Positions 9,142 through 18,139 of a DNA stretch of 64,000 nucleotides are shown one piece after another (the first letter of the stretch is position 1; every line of letters begins with the position of its first letter). The DNA comes from Candidatus Thermodiscus eudorianus (GTDB lineage Archaea; Thermoproteota; Thermoprotei_A; Sulfolobales; Acidilobaceae): contig WAOW01000003.1 in the NCBI GenBank assembly GCA_015521085.1, forward strand, positions 31,904 to 95,903. The letters run 5' to 3'. The translations under genes and the position numbers were made by a program. A model generated the notes under the pieces. The model worked only from the letters and a program-made list of their open reading frames with translations, did not search any database and was not told the origin of the DNA.

Positions 9142-9184
9142 ACCCCCCCCCCTTCCCGGGAATCCCCCCCGTCCTCTGGACGAG

Positions 9185-10114
9185 TCATCCCCTAGCCATG
9201 GTGTTCTCCAGGAGGTGGAGGATCTTAGCCGCCAGGTAAGCCGTTATCCTCACAGTCATGCCCCCGACGTCGGTCAGCGGAGTCACCTCCACCAGGTCTA
9301 TAGCGACGGGCCTCAGCACCGGTATGGCCTCCTCTAGGAGCATGAGGGTGTGGTGTGGGTGCAGTCCTACTATCGAGGGCGCGTTCACGCCCGGCGCATA
9401 GGCCTGGTCCAGGTGGTCCATGTCGATGCTGACATAGTAGGCGTCTGAGCTCCCCTCCAGGTACTCCACTGCCTCGTACACTGTCGAGGGGTCCGATAAG
9501 ACCTCCTCGGCCGATATCACCTTGAAGCCCGCCTCCTCAGCCCTCTCGGCTAAATAGGGCGGGTTAGCGTAGTCCCCCACCCCGACTATCGCGGCCCTTA
9601 TCCTGTCGCCGTAGGCCTTGTAGAGGTTCCATAGCCACATGCCGCTCGTGTAACCCTCTTCGACGCTCCTCATGTCGTAGTGGGCGTCTAGTAGTAGGAT
9701 GCCCACGCTTCCTCCACTGGTCTCTAGTAGAGCCTTCACAGTCCACTCTGTTATGCTGTGGTCTCCTCCCAGTACGAGTACGTGCTTGTAGTTCCTGTAG
9801 GCGAACTCCATGGCCTTCACGATCCTCTTGCCGGCGAGGTCCCAGTCTCCGGGTGGTATCCTTACGTCTCCTAGGTCCCTGGGCTTCAGCGCTAGCCTCC
9901 CGTATCTGGGGCTGTGGGTTTTGAGGCTGTAGAGGATGTTTCTCACCGCTTGGGGTGCTAGCCTGGCTCCGGGCCTGCCTGTTATGCCCCAGTCCCATGG
10001 TATTCCGAGTAGTGCTATCGACTGGGTTTCTTCGAGGCTGGCTATGCTCTCGTTCTGGGGGTCTCTTAGGAGGGGTGTTCCGGGCTCTGTGAATAGTTCG
10101 GGGTTGCCATTCAC
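9185..10114 (-). CDS. hutG: arginase/agmatinase/formimidoylglutamase family hydrolase (HutG candidate)
   Basis: 309 aa with the Mn-binding motifs LGGDHSIT, LLLDAHYDMR and VSIDMDHLD. The HutG assignment rests only on the nearby hutU and hutI. GTG start. Confidence 0.65.
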   Translation of the reverse strand: MNGNPELFTEPGTPLLRDPQNESIASLEETQSIALLGIPWDWGITGRPGARLAPQAVRNILYSLKTHSPRYGRLALKPRDLGDVRIPPGDWDLAGKRIVKAMEFAYRNYKHVLVLGGDHSITEWTVKALLETSGGSVGILLLDAHYDMRSVEEGYTSGMWLWNLYKAYGDRIRAAIVGVGDYANPPYLAERAEEAGFKVISAEEVLSDPSTVYEAVEYLEGSSDAYYVSIDMDHLDQAYAPGVNAPSIVGLHPHHTLMLLEEAIPVLRPVAIDLVEVTPLTDVGGMTVRITAYLAAKILHLLENTMARG

Positions 10115-10136
10115 TATGGCCTACACCTGTTTCTGG

Positions 10137-10147
10137 GAGGGTCCCTC
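10137..10147. repeat. GAGGGTCCCTC palindrome copy, between the hutG TATA-like box and its start codon
   Basis: Read directly from the sequence; non-coding. Confidence 0.9.
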
Positions 10148-10300
10148 TGGCCTCTTATAGTAGTGGGTCCAGGGTCTCCCGGCCCCCTGTTTATAATATT
10201 ATAGAGTGGCTTCTATCCATAGATAAGTGTTTCTACTAAAAGATGCTGTCCAAATCTTAATAAATAAGTGGAGGCTGCAATATACAAACGGTGAGAAGGG

Positions 10301-10726
10301 ATGGCCCAGGAGGCAAAGACCACCCAGGTAAACAAGGTCGAGGAGGAGCTTAGAACCCTCTTCGGCCAGGCCGAGAGCCTAAGGCAGCAGATAGCTACGA
10401 TAGACGCCACGATACTGGACCTAGCCACCGTGCTAGAGACCCTAGACTACATAAAGGAGAAGGGGAGCGACAAGACGGTACTAGTACCCATAGGGGCAGG
10501 GAACTTCATACGCGCGAAGATAGTCGACACCAGCCACGTGATAATGGGAGTAGGAGGAAGACTCAGCGTAGAAGCCACCATGGACGAGGCGAAGGAGCTA
10601 ATCAACGAGAGGATAAGGGCGCTCGAACAGCTGAGGCTAGACCTGAGGAGGAAGCTTGAGGAGCTCAACGCCAGGATAAGCGAGCTCGTAGCGGAGATGC
10701 AGAAGCCTGAGGAGGCCGGGGGCTAA
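10301..10726 (+). CDS. pfdA: prefoldin alpha subunit
   Basis: 141 aa with coiled coil / beta-hairpins / coiled coil, and VLVPIGAGNFIRAKI...VIMGVGGRLSVE as the typical alpha-class double hairpin. Confidence 0.85.
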   Translation: MAQEAKTTQVNKVEEELRTLFGQAESLRQQIATIDATILDLATVLETLDYIKEKGSDKTVLVPIGAGNFIRAKIVDTSHVIMGVGGRLSVEATMDEAKELINERIRALEQLRLDLRRKLEELNARISELVAEMQKPEEAGG

Positions 10727-10751
10727 CCCCCTCCCAGCCCCGAATGGCTGA

Positions 10752-10762
10752 GAGGGACCCTC
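10752..10762. repeat. GAGGGACCCTC palindrome copy, 26 nt after the pfdA stop
   Basis: Read directly from the sequence; non-coding. Confidence 0.9.
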
Positions 10763-10835
10763 TACAGCAGCTAACACCCATAATTCTTTACCAAGCCCGG
10801 GGGAGGTGACCGGGCCCTTGAGTGCTCCTGGGAGG

Positions 10836-11057
10836 ATGGTGGAGAGGCAGAGGCTGCTGGCGGAGATAAAGGCTACGATCGACGAGCTGGAGGAGGCTGA
10901 GAAGCTGATAGGCGAGTTGAAGCCCCGGAGCGTCTACATAGGCCTAGCCGGGGGCCTGATGATAGAGGTTGACAGCGGGACGGCTCTGGAGTATGTGAGG
11001 AGGCGTAGGGAGAACCTCTCCATACTCTACGAGAAGCTCAAGTCTGAGGAAGGCTAG
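10836..11057 (+). CDS. short prefoldin-beta-like coiled-coil protein (73 aa from ATG 10836; 83 aa from GTG 10806)
   Basis: Coil (RQRLLAEIKATIDELEEAEKLIGEL), then hairpin (SVYIGLAGGLMIEVD), then coil (ALEYVRRRRENLSILYEKLK). This resembles a truncated beta-class prefoldin. Confidence 0.45.
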   Translation: MVERQRLLAEIKATIDELEEAEKLIGELKPRSVYIGLAGGLMIEVDSGTALEYVRRRRENLSILYEKLKSEEG

Positions 11058-11183
11058 ACCCCCTCATTAATTTATCCCCTCTACGCCACCCTCTGGTTAC
11101 ATGAAGTATCCGAGGTGTATTACCCAGTGCAGGATTCTAGTGTTCCGGGATGGATTAGGGAGAAGTATTCTGGCCGCGGCATC

Positions 11184-12875
11184 ATGAGGCTGATCGAGGA
11201 GGGCTACTACAGGCCCTGGGAGAGGCTGCGTGTACGCCACATACGTGGCTGGGATATGCATGTCAAGAGCGGGTCCTGGCAGCTTGAGGGACCCCTCCGG
11301 ATGCTCTTCCACGTCCTAGACCCCGAGGTGGCCAAGGACCCGGAGCACCTCATAGTCTATGGTGGGACCGGGAGGGCTGCGAGGAGCTGGGAGGCCTTCG
11401 AGGCTATAGCGGAGACGCTGATGGAGATGAGCGAGGACCAGACCCTCGTGGTGCAGTCGGGCAAGCCGGTCGCCGTCTTCAGGACCCACAAGATGGCTCC
11501 TAGGGTCGTGATCAGCAACGCCATGCTGGTGCCCAAGTGGGCCGACTGGGACTATTTCAGGGAGCTTGAGGGGAAGGGCCTGACGATGTATGGGCAGATG
11601 ACGGCCGGGTGCTGGGCATACATCGGGACCCAGGGTATACTCCAGGGCACCTATGAGACCTTCGCCTTCGCCGCCGAGAAGCACTTCCCCGGGGGAAGCC
11701 TAGAGGGGAGACTCGTCCTTACAGCTGGCCTGGGCGAGATGGGTGGCGCGCAGCCTCTAGCGGCGACTATGAATGGTGGAGTGGCTATCGTGGTCGAGGT
11801 TGATAAGAGGATGATTGAGAGGAGGATCAGGCATGGCTACCTGGACACGTGGACCGATAGCCTCGACGAGGCCCTCGACATGGCGCTGAAGGCCAAGGAG
11901 AGGATGGAGCCCTTGAGCATTGGCTTATTGGGGAACGCTGCCGAGGTCTTCCCGGAGATCCTCGGGCAGGGGGTGGTGCCCGACCTGGTGACGGATCAGA
12001 CTCCTGCCCATGACCCGTTGAGCTATATCCCGGCTGGGATGACCCTTGAGGAGGCCAGTGACCTGAGGGAGAGGGATCCTGAGAGGTATAAGGAGCTGGC
12101 TCTTGAGAGTATGAAGAAGCACGTCGAGGCCATGGTCGAGTTCAAGAGGAGGGGGAGCATAGTCTTCGAGTACGGCAATAACATAAGGAAGATGGCCTTC
12201 GAGGCGGGATACAAGGACGCCTTCGAGTTCCCCGGATTCGTCCAGGCCTATATAAGGCCCATGTTCGAGGAGGGCAGGGGACCCTTCCGGTACACGAGCC
12301 TAACAGGCAACCCCAAGGACATAGAGAGGCTCGACGACGAGCTGATAGCGACGTTCAAGGAGAACAAGAGGCTTGTCAGGTGGGTCGAGAAGGCCAGGAG
12401 GCACGTCAAGTTCCAGGGGCTACCGGCCAGGGTCGTGTGGCTCGGCTATGGCGAGAGGGCGAGGTTCGGGAAGATAATGAACAGCCTGATACGGCTTGGA
12501 GAGATAGGCCCCATGTGGATCGGGAGAGACCACCTGGACTCGGGTAGCGTCGCCAGCCCCTTCAGGGAGACCGAGGGCATGAGGGACGGGAGCGACGCCA
12601 TAGGAGACTGGCCTGTGCTGAACGCGCTCCTAAACGCGGCCGCCGGGGCTACATGGGTGTGCTTCCACCACGGCGGGGGCGTGGGTATAGGCTACTCCAT
12701 CCACGCCGGGATAGGCCTCGTACTAGACGGGACTCCTGAGAGCGAGAAGAGGGCCGAGCTAGTCCTAACCGCGGACCCGGGCCTGGGCGTCGTGAGGCAT
12801 GCCGACGCCGGCTACGAGAGGGCTAAGCGCGTTGCATGCGAGAAGGGTATATGGATGCCCATGCTGAACTGCTAA
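11184..12875 (+). CDS. hutU: urocanate hydratase
   Basis: Strong urocanase motifs: [65 protein letters not shown]-type [16 protein letters not shown], and [16 protein letters not shown]. Start at the ATG at 11184 or the GTG at 11115. Confidence 0.93.
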   Translation: MRLIEEGYYRPWERLRVRHIRGWDMHVKSGSWQLEGPLRMLFHVLDPEVAKDPEHLIVYGGTGRAARSWEAFEAIAETLMEMSEDQTLVVQSGKPVAVFRTHKMAPRVVISNAMLVPKWADWDYFRELEGKGLTMYGQMTAGCWAYIGTQGILQGTYETFAFAAEKHFPGGSLEGRLVLTAGLGEMGGAQPLAATMNGGVAIVVEVDKRMIERRIRHGYLDTWTDSLDEALDMALKAKERMEPLSIGLLGNAAEVFPEILGQGVVPDLVTDQTPAHDPLSYIPAGMTLEEASDLRERDPERYKELALESMKKHVEAMVEFKRRGSIVFEYGNNIRKMAFEAGYKDAFEFPGFVQAYIRPMFEEGRGPFRYTSLTGNPKDIERLDDELIATFKENKRLVRWVEKARRHVKFQGLPARVVWLGYGERARFGKIMNSLIRLGEIGPMWIGRDHLDSGSVASPFRETEGMRDGSDAIGDWPVLNALLNAAAGATWVCFHHGGGVGIGYSIHAGIGLVLDGTPESEKRAELVLTADPGLGVVRHADAGYERAKRVACEKGIWMPMLNC

Positions 12876-12906
12876 CGCCTCCACCCCCTAGACCGTGCTG
12901 GTGGTA

Positions 12907-12917
12907 GAGGGTCCCTC
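12907..12917. repeat. GAGGGTCCCTC palindrome copy, 32 nt after the hutU stop
   Basis: Read directly from the sequence; non-coding. Confidence 0.9.
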
Positions 12918-13011
12918 CCTCCGGGCCATGCACACGTATATGCCTAGCCTAAACATATGTAGGCCAGTATTAAAATAGCCTGCACAAGTATATATTTACC
13001 GGTGGCTCTGG

Positions 13012-13254
13012 GTGAAGGCGTACACGCTCAAGCTAACAGTAGAAGAGGCCCAGTCGTGTAGGACCAAGCCAGCGGCCAGGCTCGCGCTACTCCTACTGGA
13101 GATGAAGGAGGGAGACTACCTCGAAGTCGAGGGGGAAGACATGTACTACCCCTATAGGAACGTGAAGAGCATCCTAACCGCCTCCGGCCTTGAAATCGTG
13201 GAGGAGGAGTACGACGGGCTCACATATAAGATAGTAGCTAGGAAACCAGCCTAG
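13012..13254 (+). CDS. TusA/SirA-like small sulfur-carrier fold protein with a degenerate active-site motif
   Basis: 80 aa. CRTKPAARLALLLLEMKEGDYLEVEGED...DGLTYKIVARK parallels the TusA layout (CPxP helix, GD.L.V, DG..Y.I.RK). Sits 16 nt upstream of the cysteine desulfurase. Confidence 0.45.
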   Translation: MKAYTLKLTVEEAQSCRTKPAARLALLLLEMKEGDYLEVEGEDMYYPYRNVKSILTASGLEIVEEEYDGLTYKIVARKPA

Positions 13255-13269
13255 GAGACGGGACCAGCC

Positions 13270-14487
13270 TTGCTCGACTGTAGCTCCATTAAGAAGGACT
13301 TCCCCGAGCTCTCAACAGGCCTCATATACCTCGACAACGCCGCCTCAACCCTAAAACCATACAACGTCCTAGAGGCTATGAGAGAGTTCGCCGGCAAGAA
13401 GTACGCCAACGTGCACAGGGGAGTATATACTGAGGCCGTCGAGGCCACACGCGAGTACGAGGAGGCCCATAGGGTGGTTGCCCGCTTCATAGGAGCCCGG
13501 GAGGGCGAGGTCGTCTTCGTACCCCAGGGGACCACCCGTGCAATACAACTGGCCGCCCTCCTCATACACTACAACGCTGGCCTCTCGGGCGGCGACGAGA
13601 TAATAGTGCCGGGCGACGCGCACAACTCCAACCTACTCCCCTGGAGGCAGCTGTCGAGGCTCACGGGGGCCAGGCTCAAGATAGTCCCCGTGGACCGAGA
13701 GGGGGTCCCGCGCTGGGACGAGCTGGGCGGACTCATAACGAGGAACACCAAGGTCGTAGCAGTTACACACGTCTCAAACGTCACAGGATACGAGAGCCCC
13801 GTCAGGGATATATCGGGGATCGCCCACGAGCACGGCGCTCTCGTGGTGGTCGACGGAGCCCAGAGCACGCCCCACATGCCAATAGACGTCAGGGGCCTGG
13901 GTGCAGACTTCTTCGCCTTCTCAGGCCACAAGATGCTCGGGCCGACGGGCATAGGAGTGCTGTGGATTAGGGGTGACCTGGCGGCTGAGTGGGAGCCGCC
14001 GCTCGGCGGCGGAGGCACTATCAAGGACGTGATACAGGTCGACGGCGAGGTTAGGGTCCTCTGGGACGACCCGCCGTGGAGGTTTGAGCCCGGCACGCCC
14101 CCAATCATTGAATCCATAGGCTTAGCCAAGGCTATCGAGTACCTGGAGGGGTTGGGCATGGAGAACGTTGCAGAGCATGAGAGGAGGCTCGTGGAGAAGA
14201 CTCTAAGGGGACTAGAGGGTATCGATAAGGTCTCGGTAATTGGCCCCAGCGACCCGGCCAGGAGGAAGGGGATCGTCACTCTAGCCGTGGAAGGCGTGAA
14301 CCCGGATCTAGTGGGCCTGGGCCTCGGCCAGCGTAGGATCGCGGTTAGGACCGGGACCCACTGCGCTAACATGCTCTACCACAGCCTGGGCTTCCACGAG
14401 GGGGGTGTTAGGGCTAGCTTCTACATCTACAACTGCCCTAGCGATGTAGACGTCTTCATAGAGGAGCTCTCCAGGCTCATAGGCTAG
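13270..14487 (+). CDS. cysteine desulfurase, class V aminotransferase (SufS/CsdA type)
   Basis: 405 aa with YLDNAASTLKP, NVHRGVY, PLP-lysine FSGHKMLGPTGIGVLW, and active-site RTGTHCA. TTG start. Confidence 0.85.
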   Translation: MLDCSSIKKDFPELSTGLIYLDNAASTLKPYNVLEAMREFAGKKYANVHRGVYTEAVEATREYEEAHRVVARFIGAREGEVVFVPQGTTRAIQLAALLIHYNAGLSGGDEIIVPGDAHNSNLLPWRQLSRLTGARLKIVPVDREGVPRWDELGGLITRNTKVVAVTHVSNVTGYESPVRDISGIAHEHGALVVVDGAQSTPHMPIDVRGLGADFFAFSGHKMLGPTGIGVLWIRGDLAAEWEPPLGGGGTIKDVIQVDGEVRVLWDDPPWRFEPGTPPIIESIGLAKAIEYLEGLGMENVAEHERRLVEKTLRGLEGIDKVSVIGPSDPARRKGIVTLAVEGVNPDLVGLGLGQRRIAVRTGTHCANMLYHSLGFHEGGVRASFYIYNCPSDVDVFIEELSRLIG

Positions 14488-14497
14488 AGGGACCCTC
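14487..14497. repeat. GAGGGACCCTC palindrome copy starting at the last base of the desulfurase TAG stop (CTAGAGGGACCCTC)
   Basis: Read directly from the sequence. Confidence 0.9.
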
Positions 14498-14671
14498 CCA
14501 GTAGGTAGGAGTTGAGGCTTTAAGCCGGTTCACCGCCCAATAGACTGCCTGGAGCAGGCCCGTGGGAGCACCCCGTAGTCCACGGGGGTCTCTGTGACCT
14601 CGGGTGGCTCCACCCCTAGGCCTCCACCTCATCATAATGACGCCTCCATATAATCCCCTGTCGCCCTTCAA

Positions 14672-16429
14672 GTGGTTCCCGGGACCTGGTTGAAGCCGAA
14701 GATAGCGCTATACACGGGCATATCACTGTTGAGCCTGGCCGGCGGGCTACTCTACATTACTGGGCTAGGCAAGGTAGCCGGGTATGTTCTAGCGCTGCTC
14801 TCTATAGTCCTGCTGGCCAGGTTCCTTGCGAAGCTGGTGGCGAGTAGGGAGTTCACTGTAGACCTACTCATGGCTGTAGTCGGCATAGTAACGCTCTACT
14901 ACGGCCTCCTAGTCGAGGGGCTAATCATACTCCTACTCTACGGGATAGCTGAGACAATGGAGGAGTTCATAGAGGCGAGGGCCGAGAAGGAGATTGAAGC
15001 CATTGCATCCCATGTAAGGGACAAGGTCCTAAAGGAATACGCGGGCAAGGCCATAGAGGTAGACGTTAGAAGGGTCGAGCCGGGCGACGTTATAATTGTG
15101 AGGGTCGGCGAGGCCGTCCCGCTGGATGGAGAGGCCCTGGGGGATGGGGTTATAGATGCGTCCCTAGTCACCGGAGAGCCCCTGCCAGTCGAGGTCAAGC
15201 CCGGTGACCTTGTGCTGAGCGGTAGCTTGGTCGTAGAGGGACCCCTCCGGCTGAGGGTCCTTAAGAGATTCGAGGAGTCCCACTTGGCGAGGCTGGTTAG
15301 GCTCGCCAGGGAGGCTGTGGAGACGAAGCCCCGGGTTACGAGGGTTATAGAGAGGCTCACTCCCCTGCTCACGCTGCTAGTCCTTGGCCTCTTCGCGCCA
15401 GTGCTATACCTGTATGGGCCCGTGAAGGCGCTGCCCATAATACTCGTGGGGTGTCCGAGCGCCTTCATAATATCATCGGCCTTCCTCGCGTCATACTCCA
15501 TCGCCCGGCTCGCGAGACACGGGATACTCGTTAGGAACGCTGGCGTCCTCGAAGCCATGAGTGATGTAACGGCGGTTGTATTGGATAAGACGGGGACCCT
15601 CACGGAGCTGAGGGTGGACCCGGAGCGGGTCGAGCCGCCGCCAGGTTATGGTAAGATGGAGTTCCTCGGCATAGTGGGCAGCTACGCCAAGTATAGCAGG
15701 CACCCGGTCTCCCGCGCGCTCCACGGGTACTCCATGGACGAGTCCCTGAGTGTCAGGGAGGTTAGGGGCGTGGGCCTAGTCGGGTCCTCGGGCGGCCTCC
15801 AGGTGGAGATTAGGGGCGGGCGCCTGGAGGAGTGTGGTAAGCTCCTGGAGGCCGTCGTCAATGGGGCTAGCGGCTATATCTGCCTCCGGGAGGAGCTTAG
15901 GCATGGAGCCAGGGAGCTTGTGTCGTTCCTGAAGTCCCGTGGGGTCAGGGTGGTGATGGCTAGTGGTGATGACCCGGGTAATGTTGCCCGTGTGGCTAGG
16001 ATGCTTGGCATCGAGGAGTATTATGGCGGTATGAAGCCGGAGGATAAGGCTAGGCTTGTCGGGGAGCTGCAGGGGGAGGGTTATAGGGTTGCCTTTGTGG
16101 GTGATGGTGTTAACGACTCGGTGGCCCTTGCTAGGGCTGACGTTGGGGTTGCTGTGGGGGAGCTTGATGTAGCCCGTAAGGTTGCCGATGTATCGGTTAG
16201 AGGGACCCCTAGCCAGCTCCTAGAGTTGTTCATGTATGGGATGAGGCTGAAGCCTTCTATCATGGCGGCGTTCTACTCGGCTGGGCTTTTGAAGCTGCTG
16301 GTCGGGTCTCTGGGCATCGCCGGGTTGATAGGCTTGCCCGTTGTAGCGTTTCTGGGTGATGACGGTAGCACTTTCACGGGGCTGGGCGTGGGCTTGTATA
16401 GGCTTGGCTGGGGATCCCGTGGGCGGTAG
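14672..16429 (+). CDS. P1B-type heavy-metal P-type ATPase, short form without an N-terminal metal-binding domain
   Basis: 585 aa with TGEPLPV, DKTGTLT, the P1B HP motif (SRHPVSRAL) and GDGVNDS. TM6 carries C-P-S (LVGCPSAF) instead of CPC. GTG start about 20 nt after the ATATAAT box (14648-14654). Confidence 0.85.
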   Translation: MVPGTWLKPKIALYTGISLLSLAGGLLYITGLGKVAGYVLALLSIVLLARFLAKLVASREFTVDLLMAVVGIVTLYYGLLVEGLIILLLYGIAETMEEFIEARAEKEIEAIASHVRDKVLKEYAGKAIEVDVRRVEPGDVIIVRVGEAVPLDGEALGDGVIDASLVTGEPLPVEVKPGDLVLSGSLVVEGPLRLRVLKRFEESHLARLVRLAREAVETKPRVTRVIERLTPLLTLLVLGLFAPVLYLYGPVKALPIILVGCPSAFIISSAFLASYSIARLARHGILVRNAGVLEAMSDVTAVVLDKTGTLTELRVDPERVEPPPGYGKMEFLGIVGSYAKYSRHPVSRALHGYSMDESLSVREVRGVGLVGSSGGLQVEIRGGRLEECGKLLEAVVNGASGYICLREELRHGARELVSFLKSRGVRVVMASGDDPGNVARVARMLGIEEYYGGMKPEDKARLVGELQGEGYRVAFVGDGVNDSVALARADVGVAVGELDVARKVADVSVRGTPSQLLELFMYGMRLKPSIMAAFYSAGLLKLLVGSLGIAGLIGLPVVAFLGDDGSTFTGLGVGLYRLGWGSRGR

Positions 16430-16551
16430 TGGGCCTCCGGTGTGTCCTCCCGGCTTCGAATTAAATACCCAGATCCATATCGTACATATATTCCATATTA
16501 GAATATATATACAGCTCTCCGGACCAATAGGATATACACGGTGAGAGAAAC

Positions 16552-16989
16552 ATGGTACCCCTAAAGCTACCCAGGAAACAGCTACCACTACTAGCCAGGG
16601 ACATAATGAGCGCCCCGCCCTTCACCATAAGCGAGAAGACAAACCTCAGGGAAGCCGCAAAGATAATGTGCGACAACAAGGTAGGCAGCGTCCTAGTAGT
16701 CGGCAACGACGGAGAACTAAGGGGGATACTGACCGAGCGCGACCTCACCTGCGCCATGACCAGGGAGACGAGCGAGGTACCCATATGCGATCTCCCAGTC
16801 TGGGAGTTCATGACGCCAGACCCCGCCTACGTGCACCCCGAGACCCCAATAACCGAGGTCATGGAGAAGTTCAGGGAGCTTGGCGTTAGACACCTCCCCG
16901 TGGTCGACAGGGACGGGAAGCCCGTGGGCGTCATCTCGATCAGGGACGTGCTGGCGCTGATCGAGATACTCTTCAGGGTCTTCAAGTAA
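16552..16989 (+). CDS. CBS-domain pair protein
   Basis: 145 aa with two CBS repeats (VGSVLVVGNDGELRGILTERDL; RHLPVVDRDGKPVGVISIRDV). Confidence 0.85.
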   Translation: MVPLKLPRKQLPLLARDIMSAPPFTISEKTNLREAAKIMCDNKVGSVLVVGNDGELRGILTERDLTCAMTRETSEVPICDLPVWEFMTPDPAYVHPETPITEVMEKFRELGVRHLPVVDRDGKPVGVISIRDVLALIEILFRVFK

Positions 16990-16990
16990 G

Positions 16991-17016
16991 GTGGAGCCCC
17001 CCCGGGGGCAATCCAC
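16991..17016 (+). terminator. GC-rich hairpin (GTGGAGCCCCC..GGGGGCAATCCAC) immediately after the TAA stop, followed by a T-rich run
   Basis: Inverted repeat read directly from the sequence. ATATTTCTTC follows at 17017-17026. Confidence 0.4.
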
Positions 17017-17066
17017 ATATTTCTTCATATACAGACTACTGTGAAACTCACCTATTAAAGAACTGC

Positions 17067-17597
17067 TTGACTACTATACCGGTGGGTATAGCTGCCCACG
17101 GTGCCTTTTCCATGACCGACATAGTAGGTACGATAGAGCTGCGCGCTATGGAGTGCCGTGAGAGGCTGGAGGGGAAGAGCTTCAATGATAGATGGATCCC
17201 CCGGCTCAAGTCGAAGATAGCCGAGGCTATAGCCGAGTGCATAGTCGAGCTGCTCGGAGAGGATATAGTCGAGGAGATATACTATGTAGACCTAGCCGGG
17301 GGAGAGGTTGTATACACCTACGAGGGCAGGGACGTAGACCTAATAGTAAAGGTAGCCGACAAGGTCTCCGGGCTCGAAAACGACATAAAGATGGCCCTGG
17401 AGAGGTCTCTAAACCCCATACTAAAGGAGGCAGTAGCATGGTACGTCTCGATGAGCGGCAAAACAGAGCTACTGGAGGTCCACGTCATAACAGACTACTC
17501 CCTGGGCTACGGCGTATTGATACGTAGCAAGTACTCCCCCGCCATACGGCTGTGGCCTAAGAAATCGGAGGAACGCCTGTCCTTCAGGCTGATATGA
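17067..17597 (+). CDS. minimal nucleotidyltransferase-fold (Pol-beta superfamily) protein with an N-terminal helical extension
   Basis: AGGEVVYTYEGRDVDLIV fits the G[GS]-x(9-13)-D-x-D NTase signature. A paralog lies on the opposite strand. An alternative ATG start is at 17112. Confidence 0.5.
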   Translation: MTTIPVGIAAHGAFSMTDIVGTIELRAMECRERLEGKSFNDRWIPRLKSKIAEAIAECIVELLGEDIVEEIYYVDLAGGEVVYTYEGRDVDLIVKVADKVSGLENDIKMALERSLNPILKEAVAWYVSMSGKTELLEVHVITDYSLGYGVLIRSKYSPAIRLWPKKSEERLSFRLI

Positions 17598-18139
17598 GGC
17601 CCTTCTCCTCGTCCCAGACCTTGATCAGCCGGGAGAACCTGGAGAATATCATGTTCCAGTAGGGAGCGTCCTCCTTGCTCCTGACTACGTGTATCTCGAT
17701 CACGTTAGGGATGCCGAGCTTCTCGATAGGGTCGAAGCCGAACACCTCAGAGATTATTATCCTAGCCGCCTCGTCCAAGGCCCGTTCTAGCGCCTCCTCC
17801 GAGCTACCGTCTAGCTCCCTGCACCCCGGGGCGTAGAGGATCACGTCAAGGTCTTTCCCGCCATGCCCCGTTATATAGCTGTGCTCTCCGCCCGTCAGAT
17901 CCGCCAGGTATATCGACTTTATACAACTGCCTATGCACTCCCTGGCTATATCCACTATACACTCTACCAGTGGCTCCGCGAGCCTCCGCTTTATATACTG
18001 CCAGGAGTGGCTGGTGTATCCGTTCTCCTCTATGTCGCGTTTTATCCTGGTGAAGAGCGAGTGCTCCCTGGTTATCTTACGTAGCTCCTGCTGGCCCTTG
18101 CCTATCAGACAGTGTCCTGCACGCCTCAGACAGTCCCAT
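17584..18139 (-). pseudogene. paralogous minimal nucleotidyltransferase, apparently interrupted by a 1-nt frameshift near 18093-18094; the GTG-initiated 123-aa ORF at 17584..17955 is the intact part
   Basis: TGGEHSYITGHGGKDLDVILY is the NTase signature. The frame stays open upstream to a TGA at 18166-18168 with no ATG/GTG/TTG, yet encodes QQELRKITREHSLFTRIKRDIEENGYTSHSWQYIKRRLAEPLVECIV, which matches the paralog N-terminus. An ATG at 18139 behind a TATA-like box (18181-18196) lies in another frame. Confidence 0.5.

Noticed and set aside
13569-14372. 267-aa ORF antisense to the cysteine desulfurase gene
   Set aside because: It lies entirely inside and antisense to a gene with strong motifs. 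Its Ser/Pro/Thr/Leu-rich low-complexity translation is typical of the mirror frame in GC-rich DNA.
14477-14671. 64-aa minus-strand ORF in the desulfurase/ATPase spacer; also considered as a structured ncRNA (CCCGTGG...CCACGGG dyad)
   Set aside because: The ORF is Arg/Gly-rich and unconvincing. For the ncRNA idea I found no C/D (RUGAUGA...CUGA) or H/ACA box arrangement on either strand, so it remains only a GC-rich spacer with one 7-bp dyad.
14938-15603. 221-aa ORF antisense to the P-type ATPase gene
   Set aside because: Same reasoning: a mirror-frame artefact with an S/T/P/R-rich composition and no motifs.
16461-16811. AT-rich segment 16450-16545 considered as a replication-origin-like region, and the overlapping 116-aa minus-strand ORF
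   Set aside because: I found no ORB/mini-ORB-like repeats (no GTTCCAGTGGAAA-type boxes) and no adjacent orc1/cdc6. The segment is short and fits a promoter for the CBS gene. The ORF is antisense to that gene.
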